Shown: piece by piece, positions 30,507 to 42,472 of the stretch
How the letters are laid out: each line of letters starts with the position of its first letter
How positions within the stretch are numbered: the first letter of the stretch is position 1
NCBI GenBank assembly: GCA_963724765.1
Contig: CAVRVY010000002.1
Coordinates: 160,001-224,000 of the forward strand
From: an uncultured delta proteobacterium
GTDB lineage: Bacteria > Desulfobacterota > Binatia > Binatales > Binataceae
Direction of reading: 5' to 3'
DNA length: 64,000 nucleotides
Notes under the pieces: model-generated
The model's input: the letters and a program-made list of their open reading frames with translations, nothing else
Database searches by the model: none
What the model was told of the DNA's origin: nothing
Translations under genes and position numbers: made by a program

Positions 30507-32375
30507 TTAGCCGTTGGCCGCGCCGCGCGCGAGCGCTTCGTCGTCCTCGGGCATGTAAAACTGCAGGTCGCACAGCTTGCGATATGCGCCGTCGAGCGCC
30601 AACAGTTCGTCGTGCGTGCCCTCTTCGACGATCTCGCCGCTGACGATCACAAAGATGCGGTCAGCGCGCCGCACGGTTGAAAGCCGATGGGCAATCATCA
30701 GGGTGGTGCGGTTCACCATCAGCCGCTCGATCGCGTCCTGGACCACGCGCTCGCCCTCGGAGTCCAGGTTCGAGGTCGGTTCGTCAAGGATCAGGATCGG
30801 CGCATTCTTTAGCAGCGCCCGCGCGATCGCAAGCCGCTGCCGTTCGCCGCCCGAAAGCCGCACCCCGAGTTCGCCCACCAGGGTGTCGTAGCGACTAGGC
30901 AGACGGAGGATGAAATCGTGCGCATTGGCGGCCTGGGCGGCCGCGACAACCTCTTCGAAATCCTTGGTGCCGCTGCCATAGGCGATGTTGGCGCGTATCG
31001 TGTCGTTGAACAGAAAAGTGTGCTGCGAGACCAGGCCGATCTCGGCGCGCAACGATTTGAGCGAATAGCGTTTGGCGTCGACGCCGTCGAAAAGCATCAT
31101 GCCCTGCTCGGGGTCATAGAAGCGCGGTATGAGGTCGGACAGCGTCGATTTGCCGCCGCCGCTCATTCCCACCAGCGCCACGGTCTCGCCCGCTCCGATC
31201 TTCAGGTTGATGTTGCGCAGCACCCACTCGCCCTTGGGGTCGTAGCGGAAGCTGACCTTGCGGAACTCGATGCTGTGCGGGCCGTGATTGAGCTCGACCG
31301 TGCCCGGCGCATCGTAGGTTTCGGGCGGATGGTCGATTATCGCGAAGACCCGTTCGGCGGACACCAGGCCTTGCTGGATCGAGTTGTTGGTGCCGGCGAT
31401 CCTTTTAAACGGCCTGTAAATGATCAGCATTGCGCCGATAAACGCCGCGAACGTTCCGGGCGAACGGGTTCCCGCCAGCACCGCAGAGGTTCCGTACCAC
31501 AGAACCAGCACCACTCCGCAGGCGCCCAGGACCTCGATGAACGGACTGCTGAAGGCGCCGGCGCGCAGCACTCGGCGCATGACGCGGAGTTGTTTGTTGA
31601 GCATGGCGCGGAAGCGTTGGGATTCGTAGTCCTCCATGCCGAAGGTCTTGACAACGCGGCAGCCCTGCACCGCCTCCTGCATCAACACCGACAGGTCGCT
31701 CAGCTTACGCTGCGCGTTCTTGGACATCTTGCGCACTCGTCTGGCGACTCCGATGATCGGGAGGATTGCGACCGGAAATACCACGAACGCCAGCAGCGCG
31801 AACCTCCAATCCATCCAGAACAGCCCGCCGATCAGTGCGATCAGCGTCAGGCTGTCGCCGATCAGCGAAAACAGGCTGTTGGTTATGATCGAAGAGGCTT
31901 GCGAAACGTCGGAGAGCGAGCGCGTGAGCAGATTCCCGGTAGGAGTCCAATTGAAAAACGAGAGCGGGAGGCGCTGCAGGCGATCGTTGAACTCGCCGCG
32001 CAGGTCCATCGCCGTTTTCATCCCGATGTAGTCGGTGAGAAAGCTGGCCAGGAAATCGGTGAGCGCACGTATGATGAACACGGCCAGAATCGCGAGACTC
32101 AGCAGATGCAGCCGGTGTATGGTGAGCGGGTTGGTGGCCTTGAGCGCCGAGAGGGAGTTGATGGTCTCCTTGATCAGGTAAGGAATGGCGCCGTTGGCCG
32201 CGCTGAGCACCAGCATCGCCAACACCGCCAGGGTTAGATCCGGAAAAATATAGGGTCGCGCGTAACCGAGCAGGCGCTTGTAAATCGCCATGTAGCGGCT
32301 TTTTTCTTCCTGTTCCTCGGCCGGGCGCCACCAGAGCAGGGTTTCGCTGATCCCGCGCCAGAATTTGTTACTCAT
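30507..32375 (-). CDS. MsbA-like ABC exporter (lipid/glycolipid flippase)
   Basis: TMD plus VGMSGGGKST, LSGGERQR, LILDEPT, IAHRLST. AAGGAG RBS before ATG 32375. Confidence 0.93.
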   Translation of the reverse strand: MSNKFWRGISETLLWWRPAEEQEEKSRYMAIYKRLLGYARPYIFPDLTLAVLAMLVLSAANGAIPYLIKETINSLSALKATNPLTIHRLHLLSLAILAVFIIRALTDFLASFLTDYIGMKTAMDLRGEFNDRLQRLPLSFFNWTPTGNLLTRSLSDVSQASSIITNSLFSLIGDSLTLIALIGGLFWMDWRFALLAFVVFPVAILPIIGVARRVRKMSKNAQRKLSDLSVLMQEAVQGCRVVKTFGMEDYESQRFRAMLNKQLRVMRRVLRAGAFSSPFIEVLGACGVVLVLWYGTSAVLAGTRSPGTFAAFIGAMLIIYRPFKRIAGTNNSIQQGLVSAERVFAIIDHPPETYDAPGTVELNHGPHSIEFRKVSFRYDPKGEWVLRNINLKIGAGETVALVGMSGGGKSTLSDLIPRFYDPEQGMMLFDGVDAKRYSLKSLRAEIGLVSQHTFLFNDTIRANIAYGSGTKDFEEVVAAAQAANAHDFILRLPSRYDTLVGELGVRLSGGERQRLAIARALLKNAPILILDEPTSNLDSEGERVVQDAIERLMVNRTTLMIAHRLSTVRRADRIFVIVSGEIVEEGTHDELLALDGAYRKLCDLQFYMPEDDEALARGAANG

Positions 32376-32502
32376 CGGCTCCTTGCGCGCCGCTGTTGGC
32401 GCGACTACGCGGCTTGCCCAGCACCCCCAAATCAGGGGCGCACGGCCGCGCTCGTTTAATATATTGTATATGTTGTGCCCGGTTGAAACCGGGGATATCA
32501 GT

Positions 32503-33465
32503 CTAGCGGAAATAGTTCTCAAGCTCAGGCTTCGTACGGTCGCCGCGGACGATCCGTCCGCTGAGCGCCCGCACCACCGACATCGGCAGGAACGTACGCA
32601 GCCAGCGCGACGCGGCGCGGACCTGGAACGGCCCATAGCGCATCGCACAGGCAAACGCGCGGCGCGCGCGCAGTTTGTCGCCGTCGCGCAGGGCAACTAG
32701 TCCCGCGTAGCCCCAGGCCGAGACGAAGGCGTTGCTCGACTCGCGGATCAGCCGCTGTCCGGCCTCGCCATAACGCTCCGACACCAGCCGCCCGAAGACG
32801 CGGTAGCCCTTGGCGTACTTCATCATCCGCTCGCTCGGCGGAGTGGTGCGATACCTCACCAGGCGCTGCGGCACATAAGCGAAATCGCCCTGCTCGCGCA
32901 TCACCAGCCACATGTACGGGTCCTCGAAGCCGGGCCTGGTGAAGCTCTCGTCGAAACCGCGCGCGTGCTCAAAGGCGCTGCGGCGCATTACCGCCGCGCT
33001 GGTCAGGATCGGCCACCAGCGCGTCAGCAACTCCTCCATCGAGGGGGCGTGCGCGGTGTACTCGTCGATGAAGTTGACGTCGAGTTCGTGGTCGTAGTCG
33101 TCCACCGGCACCACGTCGCAAAACGCCAGCGCTACCGACGGGGCCGCATCCAGCTCAGCCGTCAGGGTTTTGAGCATCACAGGCAGCAACACATCGTCGG
33201 CGTCGAGGAAGGTGAAGTACTCGGAGTCGGGGCTGGCGGCCGCGGCGCCGGCGTTGCGGGCGGCGGAAGGTCCTCGGTTACGCTGGCGCAGAACCTTTAT
33301 CTGCTCGCCATAAGAACCCAGGATACGCGGGGTCGCGTCGGTCGAGCCGTCGTCGACGACGATAACCTCGGGGCGTTCGCAATCCTGCCCGAGCGCGCTG
33401 TCGACGGTTCGCCGAATAGTGGCGACGCCGTTTCGCACCGGGATGATGACCGAGACTCGGCTCAT
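32503..33465 (-). CDS. Glycosyltransferase family 2 (paralog of 29382-30482)
   Basis: VSVIIPVRN, VVDDGSTD, FLDADD, FEDPYMW. Confidence 0.92.
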   Translation of the reverse strand: MSRVSVIIPVRNGVATIRRTVDSALGQDCERPEVIVVDDGSTDATPRILGSYGEQIKVLRQRNRGPSAARNAGAAAASPDSEYFTFLDADDVLLPVMLKTLTAELDAAPSVALAFCDVVPVDDYDHELDVNFIDEYTAHAPSMEELLTRWWPILTSAAVMRRSAFEHARGFDESFTRPGFEDPYMWLVMREQGDFAYVPQRLVRYRTTPPSERMMKYAKGYRVFGRLVSERYGEAGQRLIRESSNAFVSAWGYAGLVALRDGDKLRARRAFACAMRYGPFQVRAASRWLRTFLPMSVVRALSGRIVRGDRTKPELENYFR

Positions 33466-33538
33466 GGCCACATAACTACCATTTCCGCGCGCATACAACC
33501 AATAATGCGCGCCGACGTTTGTTGGAAACCAATCTCCC

Positions 33539-34447
33539 TCAAAGTCTCGCTGCAATTCGCTCCGCGCGCGCCACAGACGGCTCTTTCCAGGCCGACAGGT
33601 CGCGGCCCAACAGTTCCTCCAGCGCTTCGACCTCGGGCGTGAAAAAGCTTCTGAGCCGCGCTTCGGTTTGCGCAGCCAGCGCTGCGAACGGTCCGCCTCC
33701 GCCAAAGCAAAATCGCCACAACCCCAGGCGCTCGAGCCGTTGCACGGCGCCGTCGGCGCGCATCGACTTGAGCCGGATCCGCAAGCGCCACGCCCGATAG
33801 GCTACGGAGGGAATTCGGCAATCAAAATTGGCCTCGTTGCGCATCAGATGGGCGGCCACCTCGGGCGTGATGACGACCGATGGCAGGCCAAGGAAGCCGA
33901 GCAACGAGTCGGCAAAGCGTTGCGGGTCCTCCACCAGGTCGTCGTAGAGAAACACGCCCACGTTGGCGGCGCCGAAGCGCTCGCGCCACGCGCGCAGATG
34001 AAACGCGTAGCTGTTGGCCTCGCGCAGTTGGGGTTCGACGCCGTTGACGATCTCGTCCTCGAAATCCGCGCGAATCCGCCCCTCGCGATGCAACACACGG
34101 TACCACGACCAGGCGCGCGTCACCGGATCGCGCAGCGTGCAGACGATTTTACATCCCGGCAAATCGCGTGCGATTCGCTCGCGCACCTGGGGCAGGCTGA
34201 AATAGGTCGGGGTTACCTCGCCGGCCATCGCTTCGCCGGAGCAGCGCCGGAAGTAAGCGCGATACCAGTCGAGCCCCTGGTGATAGAACATGTCGAAGAA
34301 ATGCGTTTCCTTGGTGCGCTCCGGCAGGCAAGCGCGATGGTACAACACGCCATGCAGCCAGGTGGTGCCAGTGCGCGGCGGTCCCACCAACAGAAACTCG
34401 GGCAGTCGGCCGACGCTGCGGCTGCGCGACTTATCGCTTGCGAACAA
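33539..34447 (-). CDS. Sulfotransferase
   Basis: LPEFLLVGPPRTGTTWL, KETHFF, GEVTPTY, LRDPVTRAWS (3'-PB), LLGRDLSAW. Confidence 0.92.
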   Translation of the reverse strand: MFASDKSRSRSVGRLPEFLLVGPPRTGTTWLHGVLYHRACLPERTKETHFFDMFYHQGLDWYRAYFRRCSGEAMAGEVTPTYFSLPQVRERIARDLPGCKIVCTLRDPVTRAWSWYRVLHREGRIRADFEDEIVNGVEPQLREANSYAFHLRAWRERFGAANVGVFLYDDLVEDPQRFADSLLGFLGLPSVVITPEVAAHLMRNEANFDCRIPSVAYRAWRLRIRLKSMRADGAVQRLERLGLWRFCFGGGGPFAALAAQTEARLRSFFTPEVEALEELLGRDLSAWKEPSVARAERIAARL

Positions 34448-34615
34448 CTACGGTTCCCCCGCCTTGGTCGGATCCTGTGCGCGCTCTGCCAATCCTTTCT
34501 GTGGCTCGGCTTAACCTTGCTCGATCGTCACCGACCGGCGGCGATTTTAGCGTCTTTGCCTGTCGCCTGAAACCGCCCGACGCTAATGGCGTGCGCGCGA
34601 GAATTTCCACGGCGC

Positions 34616-35521
34616 CTACATTTCGGAAGCGCCGGAACCTGGGGCTCCGCCTGGTTTTTTCCACGCCGACAGATCGCGCCCCAGCATCGTTTCGAGCGCT
34701 TCCACCTCGGGCCGAAAGCGCTCGCGCAGGCGCCGATCGAGTGCGGGGTCGAGCGGACCGAATTCGCCGCCGCCGCGAAAGCTGAAGCGCCATACGCCGG
34801 CCTTGCGCAGCATCGTGATCGCGGCACCGGCCCTGTGCTCCTGGAGCCATCGTCGCAGCCGCCAGGCCTGCTCGGCGAGCAGCGCGATACGCGGGCCGCG
34901 CGTCACGCTGTTGACCCGTTTGCCCAGCAGCGGCGAATTCGCAAGCGCGATCGGCGCTATCCCGATGAAGCCGCAGATCGTGTCCAGGAAGTGCTGCGGC
35001 GCGCTCTCCAGATCGTCGTAAAACGCCACCAACACGCGTTCGGCGCCGAACCGTTCGCGCCAACGGCCAAGATAGTGTGCGTAACGGCTGCCCTCGGTCG
35101 CAGGTGTGGCGCTCTCCACCAGCTCCTCCATCGTCGCCCGCGTCCATCCGTTGTGCCGCATCAGCCGGTAAAAAGAGTACAGCCGATCGACCGGATCGCG
35201 CAGCGTGCAGATGATTCGGCATTCTGGAATATGGCGCGCGATCCGCTCGGGCGCTTCGGGTGCGGCGAAGTAGTTAGGGGAAATTTCGCCCATCGGGAGA
35301 TCGGCCGTGTAATCGCGGAAGAACTCCAGGTACCACTCCATCCCCTTGGCGTAGTGGGCCGAGAAGAAGTCAGTTTCCTTGGTGTCGCGCGGCAGCCCAA
35401 CGTGTCCGCCCAGCGCTCGATAGAGCCAGGTGGTGCCGGTGCGCGGCGGCCCGACGGCGATAAAGTCGGGCAGGCGCACGCCTGCCGCCTGTTTCGGAGT
35501 CGCAGCCAAGCCGGGTTTCAT
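34616..35521 (-). CDS. Sulfotransferase (tandem paralog)
   Basis: LPDFIAVGPPRTGTTWL, KETDFF, GEISPNY, LRDPVDRLYS, MLGRDLSAW. Confidence 0.92.
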   Translation of the reverse strand: MKPGLAATPKQAAGVRLPDFIAVGPPRTGTTWLYRALGGHVGLPRDTKETDFFSAHYAKGMEWYLEFFRDYTADLPMGEISPNYFAAPEAPERIARHIPECRIICTLRDPVDRLYSFYRLMRHNGWTRATMEELVESATPATEGSRYAHYLGRWRERFGAERVLVAFYDDLESAPQHFLDTICGFIGIAPIALANSPLLGKRVNSVTRGPRIALLAEQAWRLRRWLQEHRAGAAITMLRKAGVWRFSFRGGGEFGPLDPALDRRLRERFRPEVEALETMLGRDLSAWKKPGGAPGSGASEM

Positions 35522-35562
35522 CTCAATGTTTCGACGTGTCCGCGCGGTAAGGCTTCGGCCAA

Positions 35563-35868
35563 TCAAGCCTCGATCAGAATGTCGTCGCCGTCCACCCGCA
35601 CGGCGAAGCAGGCGACCTTGACGCTGGGATCGTCGACGCTTTGTCCGTTGGTGACGTTGTATTCCCACCCGTGCCACGGACATACCACCGTCGTCCCCAT
35701 CAGGTCGCCTTCGCCCAGCGGGCCGCCGCGATGGCGGCAGGCATTATCGATCGCGTAGAACTGACCGCCCGCGTTGAACAGCGCGATCTTACGCCCGCCG
35801 GCCTCGACCGTCTTGCCGCTGCCATCAGGAATTTCGCCACGCTGTGCGACTTTCACGAAGTTTGCCAC
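35563..35868 (-). CDS. Rieske 2Fe-2S ferredoxin
   Basis: CRH...CPWH ligands; GTG start. Confidence 0.93.
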   Translation of the reverse strand: MANFVKVAQRGEIPDGSGKTVEAGGRKIALFNAGGQFYAIDNACRHRGGPLGEGDLMGTTVVCPWHGWEYNVTNGQSVDDPSVKVACFAVRVDGDDILIEA

Positions 35869-35961
35869 GCGCCCGCTTGCCTCCGTCTCTGCGCGCAAAT
35901 TCTATTGGCCAGGCACCCGGCGATGCAACTTAGGGCGGTCCCCCGCTCCGGCCCGCGCTCC

Positions 35962-37161
35962 TTACGTCGTATACTCGGCGTTGATCTTCACGTAGTCGTA
36001 GCTGAAGTCGCAGGTCACGATGCTCGCGCGGGCCTTGCCGAGTTTCAGATCGATCGTCAGGCCGAATTCGGGGTCTTTCATCCGGGCCGCCGCGGCCGCC
36101 AGCGCATCGGTGTGCAGTGCGCCATGGCTGGCGATACGGATTCCGGCCATCCGCACTTCGAGCCGCTCGAGGTCGAGCGCGACGCCCGCCTTGCCGGCCG
36201 CCATCACGATTCGTCCGAAATTCGGATCGCATCCGAAGAACGCGGTTTTGACCAACGGCGAGTTGGCGATCTGCCGCGCGATCCGATCCGCGTCGGCAGC
36301 GTTGCGCGCTCCCCGCACCTCGATCGTGACCAGCTTGGTCGCGCCCTCGCCGTCGCGCACCAGCTCGCGCGCGAGCGCGCCCGCAACCGCCGTGACCGCT
36401 TCGCCGAAAGCGACCAGCTCGCGCCCATCTAGCGCGCGCTTCGCGGCGGCGGCGCCGCTTGCCATCAGGAGCAGCGTGTCGTTGGTCGACATGTCGCCGT
36501 CCACGGTAATCGCGTTGAAGCTTTCGGGCAGTGCGCGCTTGAGCGTGCGCTTGAGCTCGGACGTGCCCACCGCGGCGTCCGTCATGACGAAGGCGAGCAT
36601 CGTCGCCATTTTCGGCTCGACCATTCCCGCACCCTTCGCGCATCCCGCCACCGTCACTTCTGCGCCGCCGAGCTTAAGCCGCGCCGAGGCTACCTTGGGA
36701 TGCGTGTCGGTGGTCATGATCGCGCGCGCGAAATCCTCCAACGCGGCGGGCGAGAGCGCGGCGACCGCGTCGCGAATCCCGCCGCGGTATTTCTCGAGAT
36801 CGTAGAGATGTCCGATGACGCCGGTCGAGCATGGCGCCACCAGCTCTGGCGCGCATCCGATTCCCGCCGCCAGCGCCGCGCATGAGTCCCGCGCGAGCTT
36901 AATTCCGGCCTTGCCGGTGAAGCAGTTGGCCGATCCCGAGTTGGCGGCGACCGCCTGCAGGCGGCCGCGCCGGATGCGTTCCTGGGTGACGAGGACCGGG
37001 GCGGCCTTGACCCGGTTGGTGGTGAAGACGCCCGCCGCGGCGACCGGACGGTCGGCCACGATCACGCCGAGATCCTTGCGTGCCGGCTCCTTGCGCAGTC
37101 CGGCGGCGACGCCGGCGAAGCGAAAGCCTTTTACCACTCGCGGTTCCAAGGTCAGGTCCAT
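35962..37161 (-). CDS. argJ: Bifunctional glutamate N-acetyltransferase/amino-acid acetyltransferase
   Basis: NSGSANCFTG, IMTTDT, KMATML, DGDMSTND, DGEGATK, YVKINAEYTT. Confidence 0.98.
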   Translation of the reverse strand: MDLTLEPRVVKGFRFAGVAAGLRKEPARKDLGVIVADRPVAAAGVFTTNRVKAAPVLVTQERIRRGRLQAVAANSGSANCFTGKAGIKLARDSCAALAAGIGCAPELVAPCSTGVIGHLYDLEKYRGGIRDAVAALSPAALEDFARAIMTTDTHPKVASARLKLGGAEVTVAGCAKGAGMVEPKMATMLAFVMTDAAVGTSELKRTLKRALPESFNAITVDGDMSTNDTLLLMASGAAAAKRALDGRELVAFGEAVTAVAGALARELVRDGEGATKLVTIEVRGARNAADADRIARQIANSPLVKTAFFGCDPNFGRIVMAAGKAGVALDLERLEVRMAGIRIASHGALHTDALAAAAARMKDPEFGLTIDLKLGKARASIVTCDFSYDYVKINAEYTT

Positions 37162-37307
37162 CAGGGATACGCCTCCGACGGCGATTTATACGCGGCGCCT
37201 TAGCAGCGGCGCAAGCGACGCGCACTTGAGGCGGCCAACGCGCGCGGTCGGCGCGAGCTCGAATTGTATGACCGGGGTTTCTCCGCCCCCCTCCACCAAA
37301 ACTGCGA

Positions 37308-37463
37308 GTGCTGTTAAACGCGGGAAAAAAGATCCATCGCTTCGCGGAGATCCTTCGCCGACGCTCAGGATGACAGAAAGAGGAGCCTTTTTGCTGTCAT
37401 CCTGAACGAAGGTTGCCGAAGTGAAGGATCGACGCGAAGCGATTTTTGTTTATCGACATCCTC
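37308..37463. repeat. REP/MITE-like palindromic dispersed repeat, copy 2 (longer, nested inverted repeats)
   Basis: atcgcttcgcg...gatccttc...caggatgacag//ctgtcatcctg...gaaggatc...cgcgaagcgat; homologous to 25883-25982. Confidence 0.85.
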
Positions 37464-37511
37464 AGACTGCGGGTAGGGGACCAAGAGAACGGTGCGCAAA
37501 AGAGGATCAGA

Positions 37512-40202
<2,691 letters not shown>

Positions 40203-40275
40203 TTCGTACGAACCAATATAGCGGGAGCTGCGGGCGCCGGTCGATGCGCACTCTGATGCCTAGATTCTACCTCAG

Positions 40276-40328
40276 CGCCGGACAATTTTCAGCGCGGAAC
40301 AATTTTTCAACGCGGAACAATTTTTCAA
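40276..40328. repeat. 18-bp tandem repeat (two exact copies plus one degenerate) in the secA promoter region
   Basis: cgcggaacaatttttcaa at 40293-40310 and 40311-40328; cgccggacaattttcag at 40276-40292. Confidence 0.85.
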
Positions 40329-41347
40329 CGTTCGATCCGCACGGCCGAATCGACCTGCGGTCCGAGGAAGCGCCGCCCCACCCGGATGAAGCGGTCGGGC
40401 GTTTCAGTCACGAAGAAGCTCTGCGCGCCGCGCCCTTCGCGCCGCGCCAGCTCAAGTGTGCCGAGGCGCTTGTGCACGGCTGCGGCGGTGGCGGTCGCCG
40501 AGTCGACCAGCCGGACTCCCCCGCCGAGCACTCGCGCGAACATCGCGCTCAGCAGCGGATAGTGCGTGCAGCCCAGCAGCAGCGTGTCGATGCCGCTCTG
40601 CTTGAGGCTTTCCAGGTAATAGGCGACCGTGCGCTCCGCCACCTCGCCCTCGGTCCATCCCTCCTCGACCAGCGTCACCAGCAGCGGGCAGGGGCGGGTG
40701 TAAATCTCCACCCCGGGGCGCATCCGCTGCAGAGCGCGGGTGTAAGCACCCGAGGCGATCGTCGCCTCGGTGCCGATCACTCCGATCTTGCCCGAGCGCG
40801 TCGCGCGGAGCGCCGCTTGCGCGCCGGGCTCGATCACTCCGGCCACCGGCACCACTGTCTCGCGCGCGATATCGTCGAGCGCCACGGCGCTCGCCGTGTT
40901 GCACGCGACCACCAGCATCTTGATGCCCTTGGCAAGGAGGAAGCCGGTGTTCTCGCGCGAGTACTGCACGATCACCTCGCGCGACTTAGTGCCGTAGGGC
41001 AACCGCGCAGTGTCGCCGAGGTAGATGAAGTCCTCGTGCGGCAGCAATTCGACCAGCGCCTTGAGCACGGTGAGGCCGCCGATGCCCGAGTCGAAGACGC
41101 CGATCGGCCGTGCGCGGTTGTCGGCCGCGGCGCGGCCGACCGGCCGCGCTCGCTCCGCGCTGCTCACCTTCCCGTTGCCCGCGGCGAGCGCCGCCGCCGC
41201 TTCGGCGGCGGCGCTCGCCGCGGGCACGCGCCGCCGTGCCGTGCGCGGCAATCGGGGAGAGGCCGGCGGCGCTTCGCCGCCGGCCTCTCCCCGATTACCA
41301 CGGCCGCGGCGGTGCCCGCCGTGTCCATTCGTGCCGCGCGTGGCCAT
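40325..41347 (-). CDS. murI: Glutamate racemase (start 41347 ATG or 41167 GTG)
   Basis: IGVFDSGIGG, DTARLPYGTK, VACNTAS, LGCTHYP. Confidence 0.95.
   Translation of the reverse strand: MATRGTNGHGGHRRGRGNRGEAGGEAPPASPRLPRTARRRVPAASAAAEAAAALAAGNGKVSSAERARPVGRAAADNRARPIGVFDSGIGGLTVLKALVELLPHEDFIYLGDTARLPYGTKSREVIVQYSRENTGFLLAKGIKMLVVACNTASAVALDDIARETVVPVAGVIEPGAQAALRATRSGKIGVIGTEATIASGAYTRALQRMRPGVEIYTRPCPLLVTLVEEGWTEGEVAERTVAYYLESLKQSGIDTLLLGCTHYPLLSAMFARVLGGGVRLVDSATATAAAVHKRLGTLELARREGRGAQSFFVTETPDRFIRVGRRFLGPQVDSAVRIER
41250..41296. repeat. Perfect 22-bp inverted repeat
   Basis: aatcggggagaggccggcggcg-ctt-cgccgccggcctctccccgatt. Confidence 0.9.
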
Positions 41348-42441
41348 CAGCGTCCCGCCAGCGCCGCGCCCAGCGCCGCCGCTGGCGGGGGCGCCTGGCC
41401 CAGCACGCGCCGATGGATACTCGGCGGCTCCATGCACAGGTAGCGCATGATTGCGGGACTGGCGGCGGCTATACGCTGCTGAAGCGCCCGCAACAGGCCC
41501 GCGCGGAGCGGCGTGAAGGTGCGATAGCGCCCGTCGGGGGCCAGCACCTCTTCGCCGCATAACAGGGGGTCGTGCGGATGACGCCGGCGCGCGGCGGTGC
41601 GCAGCGCCGGCGTCATCCGCAGGCCGCCCAGGCTGATGAACGCGATACGCGCGGGCGAAATCGTGTCGAACAGGTCGGCGAGCAGCGTCAGGTAGTCGCG
41701 CTCGGCGTCGGGGTAGGCGATTACCGGGTCGAGATGAAAGCCAACCTTGTAACCGGCCTCCAGGACGCGGCGGGCTGCCGCGAGGCGGGCCGTCGGCGAG
41801 GCCGTGCGCTTCTCGGAGCTTGAAAAAACGTGCGGCGGCGATAGCGTCCACGACACCAGCGTCCGTCCGCGGGGATCGACCGTCAGCAGGTTGTCGATTT
41901 CATCGGTCTTGGTCTTGAGCTCGAGCAGAAGACCATCGCGCGAGGCGCAAAACTCGACCAGGTCGCGGCTGATCCCGGTCATCCGGTCGAAAGCGAGCGA
42001 ATCGGCAAGTTCGCCGGTACCCACGCGCAGCGCGCGTCCGGGCGCGCGGCGCCGCGCGCGCTCCAGCTCGTCGAAAGCGTCGGCATAATTGGCGTAGACC
42101 TGAAACCCGGGATTGTCGGCCAGATACTCCTGCAGGAAGCAGTAGCTGCAATCCATCGGACAGTTCGACGCCAGGACCAGCACCAGGTATCCGCAGCAGG
42201 CAAACTCGGAGGAGCCCGCCGGACAGGCCATCAGGAACGGCGCACGCCGATCCATCACGACCATCCGCCGCTTGCCCGCGCCGAAAGGGTCTGCGGCGCC
42301 GGAAGCGGGACGGATAGCGTCGCGGGCGTCGGCGATGAAATTCACCGGCACCGTAGCCGGAACGCGGCTGATGACGCGCGCGGCCAGGGCGCTTTGCTGG
42401 CATCGCTCTTCGATTACGATCTGGTCCAGCTCAAAATTCAT
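41347..42441 (-). CDS. Spore photoproduct lyase-like radical SAM protein
   Basis: NCPMDCSYCFLQ (CxxxCxxC), GTGELADSL, LELKTK, GFHLDP, YLCME. Confidence 0.87.
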   Translation of the reverse strand: MNFELDQIVIEERCQQSALAARVISRVPATVPVNFIADARDAIRPASGAADPFGAGKRRMVVMDRRAPFLMACPAGSSEFACCGYLVLVLASNCPMDCSYCFLQEYLADNPGFQVYANYADAFDELERARRRAPGRALRVGTGELADSLAFDRMTGISRDLVEFCASRDGLLLELKTKTDEIDNLLTVDPRGRTLVSWTLSPPHVFSSSEKRTASPTARLAAARRVLEAGYKVGFHLDPVIAYPDAERDYLTLLADLFDTISPARIAFISLGGLRMTPALRTAARRRHPHDPLLCGEEVLAPDGRYRTFTPLRAGLLRALQQRIAAASPAIMRYLCMEPPSIHRRVLGQAPPPAAALGAALAGR

Positions 42442-42472
42442 CGATCGAAAATTCCTGCGGGAAATTCCTGCT

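Noticed and set aside
37275-37298. ...ctccgcccccctccacca resembling a tRNA/tmRNA 3' end or att site
   Set aside because: No TTCGA T-loop, no pairing 5' acceptor strand and no integrase nearby
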